Shown here one piece after another: positions 62,035-64,000 of a stretch of 64,000 nucleotides of DNA. This DNA comes from Paraspadella gotoi. Its lineage: Eukaryota; Animalia; Chaetognatha. The position numbers and the translations under genes are program-made. Within the stretch, counting starts at the first letter, position 1. Every line of letters starts with the position of its first letter. A model generated the notes under the pieces. That model was not told the origin of the DNA. It ran no database searches and was given only the letters and a program-made list of their open reading frames with translations. The stretch covers positions 1 through 64,000 of the forward strand of contig JBJCIZ010000040.1 in the NCBI GenBank assembly GCA_051294375.1, written 5' to 3'.

Positions 62035-64000
62035 TGTCGCCTCCCTCCTTCCCAGGTGGGCGTAAAGAGGTCCCCTACTTTCCCTTATTATTTTTTATTT
62101 ACCCCCTAAATGTTTTATTTCATATAATTACCCCTTTCTCCCCCCTTGTTGTGGTACCCTGTTCCAAGATGGCGGTGGCGAGAGAACCTCAAACGACCGG
62201 CGCCGCGTCTTCTATTGGATCGAAGCCTTTAATTCATCCAAGGACGACTCTTGAGAATGGATTAACTTATTCGAAAAGGCAGTCGTGCTTCGCGACCAAT
62301 CCCCTCCTCGCGAACAAAAAGCATGAATTCTTTATCAATGGCTGCCTCTCAAATTAGACGCGTTGGCCAGACAATCTTCAAACAGAAAACCAAGATAACT
62401 ATGAGGAATTAAAAATTGAACTCATCAATTTCTTCGTTGATCCACAAGATACATATGATTTCTGGCTAAGAAAAAAACTATTAATGGGATGGAAAAGAAC
62501 CATTCCGTGCTCTCGCCTCCGTGTTATCACATCGGTGATCAAAGCATGATAAATATCAACCCTGCCAACTAAGGCGGTGAATATTTCTTCACCTCCGCGC
62601 CGCCTTGGATAAGCCATATAGGAACGCCATAGATCTAGGTTGCGCGAAGACAAAAGAACCATAGAAGAAGCAAAGAAGATTGCTCAAGGGTTCCATATGA
62701 CCCAGGCTTGAAGACGATGACAAAGCAGACAAAGCTGAAAGTAAATCAGTTTCCTTTACAGGCGCCGCTATGAAAGACGATCGTATAAAAAAATCCTGGA
62801 AGATGCCTTAGCAAGCTCTGCTATCGAAATGGAAAATCTCCGAAGAGAACCAGAGGTAATAGGAGGCAAATGGGATGATGGATACACAAGTGAACGCCGT
62901 CGCAACTTCTCACGAGTCCCTCAGATCCAGAGATGGTTCCGATTCAGAATCGTGGCCCTCCTACAACCCGACGGACCGCAGACGCGACTATCAAAACAGG
63001 CGCGACCGGTTCCGTAGATTGGACCAATCAGACCGATACAGAAGCCCTACGACCGACAGCAGCAGTCGCGACAGCCGTGATAGCAGCATTCTAGCCGCCG
63101 CGGCGAAGAAATGGTCGAAACGAAGGCAGATACTGGCCCCGTGAAGGCAAGACTTTAGAAGAAGAGACAACTACTCAACTCTGGAAGAGACGCCTACAGG
63201 GCCAATCCAAACCGTAGATGAGGAAAGTTATGTTAGCGAAGGCGAATTAGAAGTCCTCCGCCTGTATCGCGAACAGCGCAAACGCGATCGCCAAATCAAT
63301 CCGCCAACTCCTCATCCAACAGCAAATCAAATCTTATTCAAAAAACTAGAGGACGACCTTGCCACGAGGCAAGGCAGGGTCAAATGACAGAGAGTCCCCT
63401 AAATTAGAAACTTTAAAGCCTAAATGGAAAGCAGAGTTCTTCGCTAGAGTGGGTAATGAAAAACTAATCAGTCCTTGCGACACAGGCTGTTCAAAGAGCT
63501 GTGTCAGCGAGGAATTCTTCAATCATCATCACTCTTTGCGCCAAGTAAGTTTAGACCCCTATCCTTTACAGGTACAGCCATAAATGGCCCAAAGTACTAA
63601 CTATAGGCATCGCAACATTAATTTAGAATCAATAATACCTATATGCATATGAATTGTAGAATTGTGCGAGGGCCTTATCCAACCTTCATTCTTGGCTGGG
63701 ACTTTTTCTGTAAATATAACGCATTTCTAATTCCCTCCGAGGGAAAATAGTAATTCTATGGCCTTTCTTCCACACCCTGATCGAAAAACACCCATAGGCT
63801 CTCCGGTTGTTTCTACCGCATCCCCGAGGACACTGTATTCCTGCTAACTCAAAAATGCAGTCTGAATGTCGAGACTAATGCTAGATAATAAAGAAGCCAA
63901 CGAAGCCTCCAAAACAGTCATAACAGAGCCCTTCGCTAATGGTAACGAGAGTTCCTTGCTTGCAAGTGCGTTTCCGTCTGTGTGAAAGAAGGCAGATTCC
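62035..64000 (+). mobile_element. Third Gypsy-like element: frameshifted gag (~62169-63349) and the start of pol protease; continues beyond the window
   Basis: Gag-like EWINLFEKAV and YEELKIELINFFVDPQ; slippery A AAA AAC TAG (63340-63349) plus hairpin CCTTGCC-acga-GGCAAGG; protease CDTGCSKSCVSEEF. Confidence 0.8.

Overview
This window is AT-rich, repeat-dominated eukaryotic DNA, probably from an invertebrate. It carries TTAGGG telomeric repeats, a 32-nt intron and N gaps. From about 28.7 to 57 kb there are noisy duplicated and fold-back segments that look like raw-read or amplification artefacts. Main contents: (1) an apparently intact CsRn1/Kabuki-type Ty3/Gypsy element (minus strand) with CHCC Gag, a -1 frameshift and a 94-bp LTR, plus two further decayed Gypsy elements; (2) an internal ~1.3-kb (CCCTAA)n tract; (3) many DINE-1/HINE-like Helentron derivatives and MITE/foldback elements; (4) Penelope-type elements with minimal hammerhead ribozymes, two of them as inverted doublets; (5) exons of at least two three-finger (Ly6/uPAR-like) genes missed by the ORF track. 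The most striking system is a set of three different miniature non-coding LTR elements (TRIMs). All three carry a tRNA-like Pol III A/B-box cassette inside their LTRs and have a Trp-type PBS. One of them shares its terminal att sequences and an LTR hairpin with the intact Gypsy element and contains what looks like an integrated 2-LTR circle junction. All calls were made by eye; no searches were run.
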